44,348 nucleotides of DNA from Candidatus Hydrogenedentota bacterium (lineage in GTDB: Bacteria; Hydrogenedentota; Hydrogenedentia; Hydrogenedentales; SLHB01). The position numbers and the translations under genes are program-made. The notes beneath the pieces are model-generated. The model searched no databases. It saw only the letters and a program-made list of their open reading frames with translations, and was not told where the DNA came from. The stretch spans positions 1-44,348 of the forward strand of contig JAWXCN010000049.1 of assembly GCA_034408725.1 (NCBI GenBank), given 5' to 3'. Positions 18,407-28,466 of this stretch are shown here, one piece after another (position 1 is the first letter of the stretch; each line of letters starts with the position of its first letter).

Positions 18407-19681
18407 ATGGGCCAGGAATTTCACAGGTTTCGAGGCGCGTCGCTGGACGAAGCGTACCATCGCATGCGGAAACAATTGGGCAGCGACGCCGTCGTCCTGC
18501 GAACCACCCAAGTACGGGAGACGGGGTTGTTAGGGTTCCTCGGAAGAAAAATCATCGAAGTGACGGCGTCGACGCAGCCGCGCGAACTGGCGCCGCAGAG
18601 GGCCGCGGTTGCGCGGGCGTACGACGACACGGCGAGAGAGACCCGCGTCGGCGCGGATGAAACGGTCCAAAATTCCGTGGCATATTTTCAGCGGCTGGTC
18701 AGTGACGCGCAACAACGTATCGCGGACCGTCGTGCAAATGTTTCGACGCCTCAAGCGGCGGCCTCCCCGGTGGTGGCATTCAAGCGCCCTGCCGAAAACG
18801 CGGGTGACCGGGATGCGCTCCAGCGGGAGATGCGCGAGCTGCGTTCGCTGGTCGAGGTGCTGGTTGCGGAAGCGCCGGCATCGGCGATGCCGGTCGAGTG
18901 CGCGCCGCACTACAAGCGTCTAATCGAAAGCGGAGTATCAAGAAAAACCGCTGCGGGACTTGTCGCCGCCGTCGTGCGCGACAGCGACCTTGACGTTATC
19001 CGTGACGCGCGAGTGTTCGAGCAGCGCCTCATCATGGAAATCCGAAAATCTGTCCGCGTAACGGGCGGCATCGGCCTGAGCGCGGGAACTTGCAAACGTG
19101 TTGCGCTCGTGGGCGCGACCGGCGTGGGCAAGACAACGAACCTTGCGAAGCTCGCCGCGAAATATGCGGTGACGCATCGCGCACGCGTCGCGCTGATCAC
19201 CGCCGACACATACCGGGTCGCGGCGCCGGAACAACTTCGTGTGTACGCGAATATCATTGGCATTCCGCTTCGCGTCGTGAACGATGCGGCGGAGATGGCG
19301 AAAGCCCTGGACACGACCCGGGACTGCGATCTCGTTCTCATTGATACGGCGGGAGGCAGTCAGTTCAACAAAGGCCAACTGCGCGAGTTGCGGGAAATCC
19401 TTTCAGCGGCAACGCCGGATGAAACCATTCTCGTGATAGGCGCAGGCACGAGCCTGGACGATGCCCGGTGTATCGTCGAGAATTTCTCATTATTAAAGCC
19501 ATCGTCTCTATTTTTCACCAAACTGGACGAAACGCGCAGGCAGGGCGCGTTGTACACACTTTCGGCGGAAAGCGGCCTGCCTTTGAGTTATTTGAGCACG
19601 GGCCAGAACGTGCCCGATGATTTAACTTTGGCGCAGCCGGAACTTGTGGCACAATTGGTGCTCGGTGCGACGGGAAAGTGA
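18407..19681 (+). CDS. flhF: SRP-family GTPase FlhF
   Basis: LGSDAVVL N-terminus, GATGVGKTTNLAKLAA, DTYRVAAPEQL, DTAG, TKLDE, GQNVPDD. Confidence 0.94.
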   Translation: MGQEFHRFRGASLDEAYHRMRKQLGSDAVVLRTTQVRETGLLGFLGRKIIEVTASTQPRELAPQRAAVARAYDDTARETRVGADETVQNSVAYFQRLVSDAQQRIADRRANVSTPQAAASPVVAFKRPAENAGDRDALQREMRELRSLVEVLVAEAPASAMPVECAPHYKRLIESGVSRKTAAGLVAAVVRDSDLDVIRDARVFEQRLIMEIRKSVRVTGGIGLSAGTCKRVALVGATGVGKTTNLAKLAAKYAVTHRARVALITADTYRVAAPEQLRVYANIIGIPLRVVNDAAEMAKALDTTRDCDLVLIDTAGGSQFNKGQLRELREILSAATPDETILVIGAGTSLDDARCIVENFSLLKPSSLFFTKLDETRRQGALYTLSAESGLPLSYLSTGQNVPDDLTLAQPELVAQLVLGATGK

Positions 19682-19690
19682 GCGGGTAAC

Positions 19691-20554
19691 GTGGCGGACC
19701 AGGCAAACCAATTGCGAGAATTTATGCGGCAGAACCAACGCGTTGGGCGTGTGCTCGCGGTGACGAGCGGCAAGGGCGGCGTGGGGAAATCGAACACGAG
19801 TGTTAATCTTGCAATTGCGCTTGCCCAGCGCGGAGCGAAAGTCGCCGTGCTGGACGCGGACCTCGGCCTTGCGAATGTCGAGGTGTTGCTCGGATTGAAT
19901 TCGCTCTACAACTTGCAACATGTCGTCACCGGTGAAAAACGCATGCACGAAATTCTTGCGACCGGGCCGGGCGGTATTTTGGTCGTGCCAGGCAGTTCAG
20001 GCATCGCACGGGTCGCCGACCTCGGCCCCACCGCGCGCCAGAACGTGCTAGCCGGCCTGGAAGAGCTGCAACAGTCCTGCGATTTTATCATAATCGATAC
20101 AATGGCGGGGATTGGACAGAATGTCGTGGGGTTTGTGTCTGCGGCTGATGAGGTGCTCTTGGTGACGACGCCGGAGCCTTCTTCTATCGTCGATGCCTAC
20201 GCGATGATCAAAACGGTATTTCAGGTGCGGCCCGATGCGGTGTTTCGTCTGATTATCAATCAGGCGCTAAACGAAGCGCAGGCCAAGGCCGTCGCGCAAA
20301 AAATTACGCACGTGGCGCAGCAGTTTCTCGGGCACAGCCTTTCGTATCTCGGATATGTCCCGCGTGACCCGCACGTGCAACAGGCCGTGATGCAGTCGGC
20401 GCCGTTTGTGCTCCGGTTCACGAGCGCCCCGGCGTCGAAATGCATTCAGGAGATCGCCGGGCGCCTGCACAATCAACGCGGCGAACTGGACGCAAATCGT
20501 CCGGGGTTCTTCCGCCGAATCGCGGAGAATCTGGGGCTCGCCAGCAACGCGTAG
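19691..20554 (+). CDS. flhG: MinD/ParA-family ATPase FlhG/FleN
   Basis: DQAxxLR N-terminal motif, SGKGGVGKS, DADLGLAN, TTPEPSSIVDAY; follows flhF. Confidence 0.93.
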   Translation: MADQANQLREFMRQNQRVGRVLAVTSGKGGVGKSNTSVNLAIALAQRGAKVAVLDADLGLANVEVLLGLNSLYNLQHVVTGEKRMHEILATGPGGILVVPGSSGIARVADLGPTARQNVLAGLEELQQSCDFIIIDTMAGIGQNVVGFVSAADEVLLVTTPEPSSIVDAYAMIKTVFQVRPDAVFRLIINQALNEAQAKAVAQKITHVAQQFLGHSLSYLGYVPRDPHVQQAVMQSAPFVLRFTSAPASKCIQEIAGRLHNQRGELDANRPGFFRRIAENLGLASNA

Positions 20555-20627
20555 CGCTCGCTTCCGTGGCATTTCGCGCTGCACCGTCGTCTCGCGTATA
20601 TTCCAAATGAAATTGGGGAGAATATCC

Positions 20628-23162
20628 ATGCGATTTATTGTCTATGCGGTATTGTTTGCGGCGTTGGCGCGCGCACAGACCGGTGACCCGCCTCTCATCG
20701 ATATACCACGCGTGAAAGGCATCGCGGTCGATGGAGAGTCGCGTGATTGGAAAGGACGCGGCTATCACGTCGGCATCGTTGTATCGGCCAATGGCGCGAC
20801 GCGGGCACCCGCGGATTTCGATCCCACATTTCGATTGGGCTGGGATGACCGCGGCCTTCTCGTGCTTTGCGTTGTGCGTGATGATTCATTTACCGAAAAA
20901 GCGGACAAAGAAGCGTTTGGCCAAGGCGACAGCATCGAGATTCTGTTCGCGCCCCGCGTGGGCGCACCGGACCTGATTCACGCGACGATTGTTCCGGGAA
21001 TGGGTCCGGACGCATCAGAAGCGAGATATAACCTTGCAGATTGGCGCACGCGAGAGCCGCGCGAACCCGCGGAGATACAATTCGGGCGCGCACGCACTGA
21101 CGCCGGATACGCCATTGAAGTGCTACTGCCGTGGTCGAACCACGGCATCACGCCGGAACGCGCGGTCGAATGCGCCTTGCAAATCCAATTCAACGATGTT
21201 GATGGCGAAGAAAAACTGTTCAAAGCGGCATGGTATCCATCAACACCCGCATCGGGCCGCACCTCCGCGATGCACAGGCTGCAACTTTCCAACCGGCCGG
21301 ATAAACCTGTGCGCGCTATCGCGCGCGGACATTTCACCAACGAGGTCCGCACGTTGGTGCGTGTCGTCACAACGAATGACTGGACCGGCCGCACGCTCAC
21401 TGTGAGCGATAGCCAACGCGTGCTCGCAACCGCCACGCTGAAGGAAACAAACGGACGTCCGAGCGCGGAAATGTTGTTTGATCTGCCGCCGGTGGGTGAA
21501 TCGTTCGATGACTTGCGCGTGCGCGCGGGCCGCGGCGCGACTGCGAACGTATCCCTGCCTGATGCCGCGGTGTGGCGCGCGCAACGCCTCATCACCTATC
21601 CGCCGAGGTTCGCGCCGCCGGTGTTCGCCGGCTCGGGTTTTCCCGCGTGCAACTACGAGGACCCGGATTTGGCGGAACGGCTGATCGGACCATACCGGAT
21701 CGCGCCAAAATTCTACGATGCAAAATATGCGGAGGTTTCCACCGCGGAGGCGCCGGGGCGCTACGGCGCGATAATGGAAATCATACCGGAAACCGGAGAG
21801 CCGTTCCGGCGCTATGCAACGCTGTTTCGTCAACCAGATTCGTTCAACGTGTTTGGCTGGTGGGTACTGAAGCCTACGGGATCAATTACGTTTCCGGCGG
21901 AGTTGGGAATCTCGGACAAGGCCATTGATGCGCAGGCGCGCGCGATGGGCACGTTTTTGCAGTGGCAGATGCAGGACGCCGTTGCCGAGGACAAGGATGC
22001 GGCAGTGCTGTTGGCGGGATTGCACGAAACCCCAGCCGACAGCGAGGTGCGGGAATATTACAACGACGTGTTCGCGTTGGACCGGCAATGGTGGGTTGGT
22101 CTGAAGCGAAAACTGAACGGCGCCGCCGCAGCCTATCCGAATGCCATCGCGTGTCCGTATCCCAATTCGGATCGGCCTGCCACTATGTTGCGCAATGGCA
22201 CTCCGGAAGAAGCGGGGTTCAAACCTGAATCCATCGCGATCATTGATGAACGTCTGAAAGCGTGGGCCGCGGCAAGTGACGAAGCATTCGCAGTATGCCT
22301 TGCGCGAAACGGGGTGGTTTTCTTCGAGCGGGCATACGGAAACCGTTTCGGCGAACCGATGACGGTGGACAAGAAAAGTTGGATGGCGTCGATCTCGAAG
22401 TTCCTGTCGGGCGCGTTGATGATGACGCTGGTGGATCAAGGGTTGGTCGATCTGGATGCGCCCATTGACACGTACTTGCCCGCGTTGCGCGGAATTCCGG
22501 TGAAAACGCCGTTGACCATACGGCATTGTTTTACGCACACGAACGGGTTTCAGCTCGGCATTACGCCGGCGAGGATGTTTAACGATCACTACGGTGACGA
22601 GTTGAATGATCTCGAAGAGGTTGTCGCCGCATATTATCCGCATCTCGAAGTGGGCACCCGCCACGGTTACAACGGGGTTGGGTACGCCGTGGCCGGAAAG
22701 GTGATCGAGACTGTGTCGGGCGAAGCCTTGCCGCAATACTTTGAAAAACATTTCTGGGGGCCGCTGGGCTGCACGCACACGGATGCCATCGACATGAGCG
22801 CGCGCACCATGAGCATTCCGCGCGACATCGCAACGTTCGCGCAAGTCATGCTAAACAAGGGAGCTTATGGAAACCTGCGATTCTTCTCGCAAGAAACCTT
22901 CGACAAAATGTTGCCGGTAAAACTCGCGCCCTACGTGAGTTTCGACGCGGGCGACCTGCAATGGGGCATTGGGCCGGTGTGGATTCCAGGCGAAGGATTG
23001 AGTGAAAAGACTTTTGGCCACGGGGCGGCTTCGGCAGCGACGTTGCGCATTGATCCCGACAGCCAATTAATTGTGGTCATGACGCGAAACGCCGGTGGCG
23101 CGCGGTTTGGGGAATTTCATCCGCAGTTTATGAAAAACGTTTCGGATGGGTTGGTTCGGTGA
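20628..23162 (+). CDS. Secreted serine hydrolase (beta-lactamase fold) with N-terminal CBM9/DOMON-like sugar-binding domain
   Basis: Signal peptide MRFIVYAVLFAALARA; IAVDG..DW..LGWDDRGL..VRDD..GDSIE..GYAIEVLLPW..IQFND; C-terminal SISK, THTNG, GYNGVGY, FGHG. Confidence 0.82.
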   Translation: MRFIVYAVLFAALARAQTGDPPLIDIPRVKGIAVDGESRDWKGRGYHVGIVVSANGATRAPADFDPTFRLGWDDRGLLVLCVVRDDSFTEKADKEAFGQGDSIEILFAPRVGAPDLIHATIVPGMGPDASEARYNLADWRTREPREPAEIQFGRARTDAGYAIEVLLPWSNHGITPERAVECALQIQFNDVDGEEKLFKAAWYPSTPASGRTSAMHRLQLSNRPDKPVRAIARGHFTNEVRTLVRVVTTNDWTGRTLTVSDSQRVLATATLKETNGRPSAEMLFDLPPVGESFDDLRVRAGRGATANVSLPDAAVWRAQRLITYPPRFAPPVFAGSGFPACNYEDPDLAERLIGPYRIAPKFYDAKYAEVSTAEAPGRYGAIMEIIPETGEPFRRYATLFRQPDSFNVFGWWVLKPTGSITFPAELGISDKAIDAQARAMGTFLQWQMQDAVAEDKDAAVLLAGLHETPADSEVREYYNDVFALDRQWWVGLKRKLNGAAAAYPNAIACPYPNSDRPATMLRNGTPEEAGFKPESIAIIDERLKAWAAASDEAFAVCLARNGVVFFERAYGNRFGEPMTVDKKSWMASISKFLSGALMMTLVDQGLVDLDAPIDTYLPALRGIPVKTPLTIRHCFTHTNGFQLGITPARMFNDHYGDELNDLEEVVAAYYPHLEVGTRHGYNGVGYAVAGKVIETVSGEALPQYFEKHFWGPLGCTHTDAIDMSARTMSIPRDIATFAQVMLNKGAYGNLRFFSQETFDKMLPVKLAPYVSFDAGDLQWGIGPVWIPGEGLSEKTFGHGAASAATLRIDPDSQLIVVMTRNAGGARFGEFHPQFMKNVSDGLVR

Positions 23163-23185
23163 ACGATCGTGAGGAATCGATTTGC

Positions 23186-23247
23186 GAGTACGAGTACGAT
23201 AAAGATTACAATTACGAGTAAGAGCATGAACACGAAATGAAGATTAC
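23186..23247. repeat. Degenerate hexamer tandem repeat (GAGTAC/GATTAC)
   Basis: GAGTAC GAGTAC GATAAA GATTAC AATTAC GAGTAA GAGCAT GAACAC, in a convergent intergenic gap. Confidence 0.7.
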
Positions 23248-23256
23248 TCCCCCCAC

Positions 23257-23284
23257 GTCATTCCGAGCGGCGAGCGAGGAATCT
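23257..23284. repeat. REP-like palindromic element (GTCATTCCGAGCG..AGCGAGGAATCT type)
   Basis: GTCATTCCGAGCGGCGAGCGAGGAATCT with an ATTCC/GGAAT stem. Resembles a widespread short intergenic repeat type; single copy in this window. Confidence 0.5.
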
Positions 23285-23364
23285 GGAGAGCGAATGGAAC
23301 GTCGAACTTACCAACAACTGCCGCAAACTATCAGCCACGACCCACAACGCGGCTCGACAATGTT

Positions 23365-26088
23365 TTATCCACTGGGCCGCACTATTTTCGATGCCACGCG
23401 GTCGGGTTCGCAGATCGGTGACGCTGTCATGTTGAGCAATCGTGCCGCGAGCGCCGTCCACCCGGTTTGATGGCTCGCGCCCATGCCGCGGCCCGTGTCG
23501 CCGTGGAAATACTCGTAGAACAGCACAAGCTCTTTCCAATGCGGATCGGTGGCATACCGCGTCTCATCTCCATGGCACGGACGCCGCCCATTGTCAGCCG
23601 GTGCGAATAAGGACGTGAGGCGCATCGCGAGTTCGTTGGCAACTTGCTGGAGATTCATCATCTGCCCCGAACCGGTCGGGCATTCAACTTTCAAATCTTC
23701 GCCGTAGAAATGGTGGTAACGTTCCAGCGCCTCTACAAGAAGATAATTCAACGGGAACCAGATCGGTCCGCGCCAGTTCGAGTTGCCCCCGAAAAGGCCC
23801 GTGTCCGATTCGCCGGGCGCATACGCAACGCGGTACTCCTCGCCGTCCACATTGATCACATATGGGTGATCCTTGTGTACGCGCGAGAGCGCGCGTATGC
23901 CGTGAGGCGCGAGAAACTCATCCTCGTCCAGCAGGATTTTCAGCACGCGTTCGAGGCGTTCACGCGATGGTATTGCGAGCAAACGGTGCTTGTGCCGGTC
24001 AACGCCGTGGCCGTCTTCCGCCATGTAGGAAATATGCCTCGCCAGGTCTTTCCGGTTTTCCAGAAACCAGTTCATCCGTTTCGCGAACCCCGGCAATTGA
24101 TCGATAACTTCTTTTTCGAGCAATTCCACCGCAAACAACGGGATTACGCCCACGAGCGATCGCACTTTCAACGGAATCGCCCTGCCGACAAGGCGTAATT
24201 CATCGTAGTAGAACCCGTCTTCATCGTCCCACAATCCGGTGCCGCCAAGCGTGTTCATCGCATCCGTGATATGCACAAAGTGCTCAAAAAATTTCGACGC
24301 CATGTCCTCATACGCGGGATCGGTCTGCGCGAGCTCGAGGGCCATTGAAAGCATGGTTGAACAGTAGAACGCCATCCACGCTGTTCCATCGGCCTGTTCG
24401 AGGTTTCCACCCGTCGGCAACGGTTTGGATCGGTCAAACACGCCAATGTTGTCCAATCCGAGGAACCCGCCCGCGAAAATGTTCTTGCCTTCGGGGTCCT
24501 TCCGGTTGACCCACCACGTGAAGTTCATCACCAGCTTTTGAAACGTCCGCGCGAGGAATTGAGTATCGCGCTGCCCGCGTGGACCAGTCATCTTGTACAC
24601 GCGCCAGCAGGCCCAGGCGTGTACCGGCGGGTTCACGTCGCCAAATGCAAACTCATACGCCGGTAGCTGGCCGTTTGGATGCATGTACCATTCGCGCAGA
24701 AACAGGACGAGCTGCTCTTTCGCAAATTCGGGATCCACGACCGCCATCGGCACCATGTGAAACGCGAGGTCCCACGCGGCAAACCACGGATACTCCCACT
24801 TATCCGGCATCGAGATAATGTCGCGCGCGTACAAATGCGGCCATTCGGCGTTGCGGCCATCAAGGCGCGACGCAGGCGGTTCCGGCTGGTCCGGGTCGCC
24901 TTCGATCCAGTCGCGCAGGATGTAATGGTAAAATTGTTTGGACCATAACAAGCCAGCATACGCCTGCCGCGCAACGTTGCGCTGTTCATTGTCCTCGATA
25001 TGGGATAAGCGGGGCGCATAGAACGCGTCCGCTTCCTTGATGCGCTGGGTAAACACCTCGTCAAACCCGGGGCCGAGCGCCGCGTTTTTTTCCGCATCTG
25101 CCTCTGCGACAAGCCGGAATTTAAGCACAATCTCGCCGCCCGCGGGCACCTCCAGCGCGTAATGTCGCGCCGCTTTCGTTCCCGTAAGATTCGCGTTCAC
25201 GGCGTCTTCATCGTCATGGACGACATAGTCGTGAAAGGCGTCGCGGGCATGGCGTGGTCCATCCACACCGAACAGCTTCCGGGCGTTGGTTTCGTTTTCA
25301 GTGAAAAGCCAACGCGCAGGCTGCGCGCCGGGTCCGGCCTCCGCAAAGAAATAGTATTTGCCAAATGTCACGTGCCGCGCGGCGACCACGCCGTCTTCCA
25401 GCCGCATCGATGGCTTCACCCAACATCCTTCGTGCCGGCATCCCCACGACCAGGTATTGCGAAACCAAACCTGCGGCAGCACGTGGATCGGGGCCGCCGT
25501 ATCGCCCCGGTTCGCAATTGTCACGCGGATAAGGATGTCGTCAGGCGATGCCTTCGCATATTCTGCGAACACGTCGAAGTAGTGGTCATTGTCAAAAATC
25601 CCCGTGTCGAGCAACTCAAATTCGCGCTCGTGCCTGCCTCGTTCCTGGTTCTCTCCAAGCAACTGAGCATAGGGGAATTGCGCCTGGGGGTACTTGTATA
25701 GCGCCTTCATATAGGAATGGGTCGGCGTCGAGTCGAGATAGTAGTACAGCTCTTTCACGTCTTCGCCGTGGTTGCCTTCGGGGCCCGTCAGTCCGTAGAG
25801 CCGCTCCTTCAGAATTGGGTCCTTCTCGTTCCACAGCCCCAGACAAAAGCACAGCCGGCATTCCCGATCCGTGATGCCCAGCAACCCGTCCTCCCCCCAG
25901 CGGAACGCGCGGCTGCGCGCATGATCGTGTGGGAAATACTCCCAGCACTCCCCGTTGGCGGAATAGTCTTCGCGGACGGTTCCCCACTGCCGCTCGCTCA
26001 GGTACGGACCCCACCGCTGCCAGTTCCGGGTGCGCGCGTGCGCCTCCCGCAAGCGGCGGTCCTCCGCGGTGATCGAGGACTTCGCCAT
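23365..26088 (-). CDS. GH63-like (MGH1-like) glycoside hydrolase / glucosidase
   Basis: WGPYLSERQWGTVREDYS, SMPDKWEYPWFAAWDLAFH, GGFLGLDNIG, FGGNSNWRGPIWFP, FYEYFHGDTGRGMGASHQTGWT. Confidence 0.9.
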   Translation of the reverse strand: MAKSSITAEDRRLREAHARTRNWQRWGPYLSERQWGTVREDYSANGECWEYFPHDHARSRAFRWGEDGLLGITDRECRLCFCLGLWNEKDPILKERLYGLTGPEGNHGEDVKELYYYLDSTPTHSYMKALYKYPQAQFPYAQLLGENQERGRHEREFELLDTGIFDNDHYFDVFAEYAKASPDDILIRVTIANRGDTAAPIHVLPQVWFRNTWSWGCRHEGCWVKPSMRLEDGVVAARHVTFGKYYFFAEAGPGAQPARWLFTENETNARKLFGVDGPRHARDAFHDYVVHDDEDAVNANLTGTKAARHYALEVPAGGEIVLKFRLVAEADAEKNAALGPGFDEVFTQRIKEADAFYAPRLSHIEDNEQRNVARQAYAGLLWSKQFYHYILRDWIEGDPDQPEPPASRLDGRNAEWPHLYARDIISMPDKWEYPWFAAWDLAFHMVPMAVVDPEFAKEQLVLFLREWYMHPNGQLPAYEFAFGDVNPPVHAWACWRVYKMTGPRGQRDTQFLARTFQKLVMNFTWWVNRKDPEGKNIFAGGFLGLDNIGVFDRSKPLPTGGNLEQADGTAWMAFYCSTMLSMALELAQTDPAYEDMASKFFEHFVHITDAMNTLGGTGLWDDEDGFYYDELRLVGRAIPLKVRSLVGVIPLFAVELLEKEVIDQLPGFAKRMNWFLENRKDLARHISYMAEDGHGVDRHKHRLLAIPSRERLERVLKILLDEDEFLAPHGIRALSRVHKDHPYVINVDGEEYRVAYAPGESDTGLFGGNSNWRGPIWFPLNYLLVEALERYHHFYGEDLKVECPTGSGQMMNLQQVANELAMRLTSLFAPADNGRRPCHGDETRYATDPHWKELVLFYEYFHGDTGRGMGASHQTGWTALAARLLNMTASPICEPDRVASKIVRPSG

Positions 26089-26192
26089 GCTGGTCTATCC
26101 CTTTCTACAAGTATCGAGGAAATAAGGCCTGGTGCGCGCACAAGTATACCCGCGAGCCATAGCCGTTGCATTGGGAGTTTGGCGGTAGCGTC

Positions 26193-26222
26193 TTGACGGT
26201 TCATTGGGGTGTATGCTAGGAT
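26193..26222 (+). promoter_or_regulatory. Sigma70-type promoter of groEL
   Basis: TTGACG 26193-26198, 18 nt, TGc-TAGGAT 26217-26222, just upstream of CIRCE. Confidence 0.55.
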
Positions 26223-26232
26223 AATTTTTCTA

Positions 26233-26259
26233 TCAGCACTCGATAAGGCAGAGTGCTAA
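26233..26259 (+). promoter_or_regulatory. CIRCE operator (HrcA site) of groEL
   Basis: TCAGCACTC-N9-GAGTGCTAA; one mismatch to TTAGCACTC-N9-GAGTGCTAA. Confidence 0.93.
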
Positions 26260-26323
26260 TACTCAATGTCCGGCGCTAGCCGTAGAAATGAACTAACTAC
26301 CTGTAAGAAAAGGAGATACGATC

Positions 26324-27943
26324 ATGGCGAAACAGTTGGCCTTCGATCAGGAAGCCCGAACTGCATTGTTGAAGGGCGCTGATATCCTCGCAAATGCGGT
26401 CAAAGCGACCCTCGGTCCCAAGGGCCGGAACGTCGTTATCGAGAAATCCTTCGGCGCCCCGAACATCACCAAAGACGGTGTAACGGTCGCGAAAGAAGTC
26501 GAATTGAAGAACCCCTATGAAAATATGGGCGCGCGCATGGTCCGCGAAGCGGCAAGCAAAACGCAGGACACCGCAGGTGACGGTACAACCACGGCAACGG
26601 TGCTGGTGCAGGACATGATCCATGAGGGAATGAAGCACGTGACTTCGGGCGCCAACCCGATGTATCTCAAGCGCGGCATGGAGAAGGCGCTTGCGGTCGT
26701 AACCGAAGCCATTCAGAGCGCGAGCAAGAAGGTGAAGAACAACGAAGAGATCGTCCACGTGGCGACGATTTCCGCGAATGGGGACACCGAAATCGGAGAG
26801 ATGATCGCAAAAGCCATCGCCGCGGTCGGCGAAGACGGTGTTGTCACCATCGAAGAGGGCAAGGGGCTTACGAGCGAGCTTGAAGTCGTGGACGGCATGC
26901 AGTTCGATCGTGGTTTCCTGTCCCCGTATTTCGTGACGAGACCGGAAAACATGTCGACGGAACTTGAAGACTGTTATATCCTCGCTTACGAGAAGAAAAT
27001 CAGTTCGCTCCAGGAAATCATCCCGCTCTTGCAGGCGACGGCGCAATCCGGAAAGCCGTTGCTAATTATCGCGGAAGATGTCGAAGGTGAAGCGCTCGCC
27101 ACGCTGGTCGTGAACCGGCTGCGCGGAACGCTTAACGTCTGCGCCGTGAAGGCCCCCGCATTTGGCGATCGCCGGAAGGAAGTCTTGCGCGACATCGCCG
27201 TCCTTACCGGCGGGCAGTACATCAGCGAAGACCTGGGCACCAAGCTCGAAAACATTACGCTTAAGGACGTGGGCCGCGCCAAGCGGGTGTTCATTAACAA
27301 GGACAATACCACGATCGTCGAAGGCGGCGGCAACAAGAAAGACATCCTGGGCCGGTGCGAGCAGATTCGCAAGGCCATCGAGACGACCACCTCGGATTAC
27401 GACCGCGAAAAACTCCAGGAACGCCTCGCAAAGCTTGCGGGCGGTGTCGCCGTAATCAAGGTTGGCGCACCCACCGAGATCGCGTTGAAAGAAAAAAAGG
27501 CGCGCACCGATGACGCATTGAACGCAACCCGCGCGGCCATCGAAGAAGGTTTTGTGGCCGGTGGTGGAACGGCGTTGCTCGCCGCGCGCGAAAAGCTCAA
27601 GTCGATCAAGCTCGAAGGCGAAGAAGCCATCGGCGCGAAGATCGTCTCCCACGCACTCGGCGCGCCCCTCGCGCAGATCGCCGAAAACGCCGGCATGGAA
27701 GGCTCTGTAGTCGTACGACAGGTTGCAGAAAGCAAGAGCGGCATCGGGTTCGATGCGGCCAACAGCGAATATACCGACATGGTGAAAGCCGGCATCATCG
27801 ATCCCGCGAAAGTAATCTGCGCCGCGTTGCGAAACGCGGTCAGTGTTGCGGGAATCTTCATCACGACCGAATGCCTTATCACCGATATTCCGAAAAAAGA
27901 AAAACCCGGCGCCGCGGACTCGCACGCCGGTCACGGCCACTAA
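26324..27943 (+). CDS. groL: Chaperonin GroEL
   Basis: [63 protein letters not shown]. Confidence 0.98.
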   Translation: MAKQLAFDQEARTALLKGADILANAVKATLGPKGRNVVIEKSFGAPNITKDGVTVAKEVELKNPYENMGARMVREAASKTQDTAGDGTTTATVLVQDMIHEGMKHVTSGANPMYLKRGMEKALAVVTEAIQSASKKVKNNEEIVHVATISANGDTEIGEMIAKAIAAVGEDGVVTIEEGKGLTSELEVVDGMQFDRGFLSPYFVTRPENMSTELEDCYILAYEKKISSLQEIIPLLQATAQSGKPLLIIAEDVEGEALATLVVNRLRGTLNVCAVKAPAFGDRRKEVLRDIAVLTGGQYISEDLGTKLENITLKDVGRAKRVFINKDNTTIVEGGGNKKDILGRCEQIRKAIETTTSDYDREKLQERLAKLAGGVAVIKVGAPTEIALKEKKARTDDALNATRAAIEEGFVAGGGTALLAAREKLKSIKLEGEEAIGAKIVSHALGAPLAQIAENAGMEGSVVVRQVAESKSGIGFDAANSEYTDMVKAGIIDPAKVICAALRNAVSVAGIFITTECLITDIPKKEKPGAADSHAGHGH

Positions 27944-27961
27944 ACACACGCCAATAATTGT

Positions 27962-28002
27962 ACGGCCCGCGCATCGTAATCCGGTGCGCGGGCCGTTTGT
28001 TT
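27962..28002 (+). terminator. Intrinsic terminator of groEL
   Basis: ACGGCCCGCGCATCG 27962-27976 / CGGTGCGCGGGCCGT 27982-27996, then TTGTTT. Confidence 0.8.
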
Positions 28003-28046
28003 GCGTTCCTCATCGGCAAGAAGTCGCCAGAGTCGTCAGGTATGAG

Positions 28047-28367
28047 CAGCCAAAGCGGTGTCTATGCTACCCGCTTCGCCACCGCAGTCCAAATGGTCCT
28101 CCACACAAAACCACGTTTCAGCAAGAAGCCTATTTGGACTGCGGCGGCCCTCAAGGCGCCGCTTTGGCTGTTTATCACAATCAACCTACCTTTACCGTTC
28201 GCGCCCAAAGTCCACTCCTATAAACAGCCAAAGCGGTGTCTACGCTACCCGCTCCGCCACCGCAGTCCAAATAGTCCTCATTCCAAACACCAAGTTTTAG
28301 TAGGAAGCCTATTTGGACTGCGGCGGCCCCTCAAGGCGCCGCTTTGGCTGTTTATCACAATCAACCT
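28047..28367. repeat. BIME-like array: two ~140-bp direct repeats (period ~178-180), each an inverted pair of REP-like units
   Basis: CAGCCAAAGCGGTGTC..CCGCAGTCCAAAT at 28047 and 28225; ATTTGGACTGCGGCGG..CCGCTTTGGCTGTTTATCACAATCAACCT at 28132 and 28311. Confidence 0.88.
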
Positions 28368-28466
28368 TCCCTCATGCACGAAAATAATCGCGATTTACAA
28401 AGCACGAAAACTACTATCATCACAAATCGTGATTGCGTTGCTCTCAATCTAAAATCCAAAATCCCT

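Noticed and set aside
23237-23470. 77-aa ORF after the serine hydrolase
   Set aside because: Starts in repeat sequence and overlaps the 3' end of the GH63 gene on the opposite strand; no motif.
28047-28367. Repeats as a CRISPR array, and ORFs 27843-28223, 27958-28452 and 28058-28300 as genes
   Set aside because: Units alternate in orientation, only two periods exist and no cas genes are present. The ORFs simply translate the repeat.
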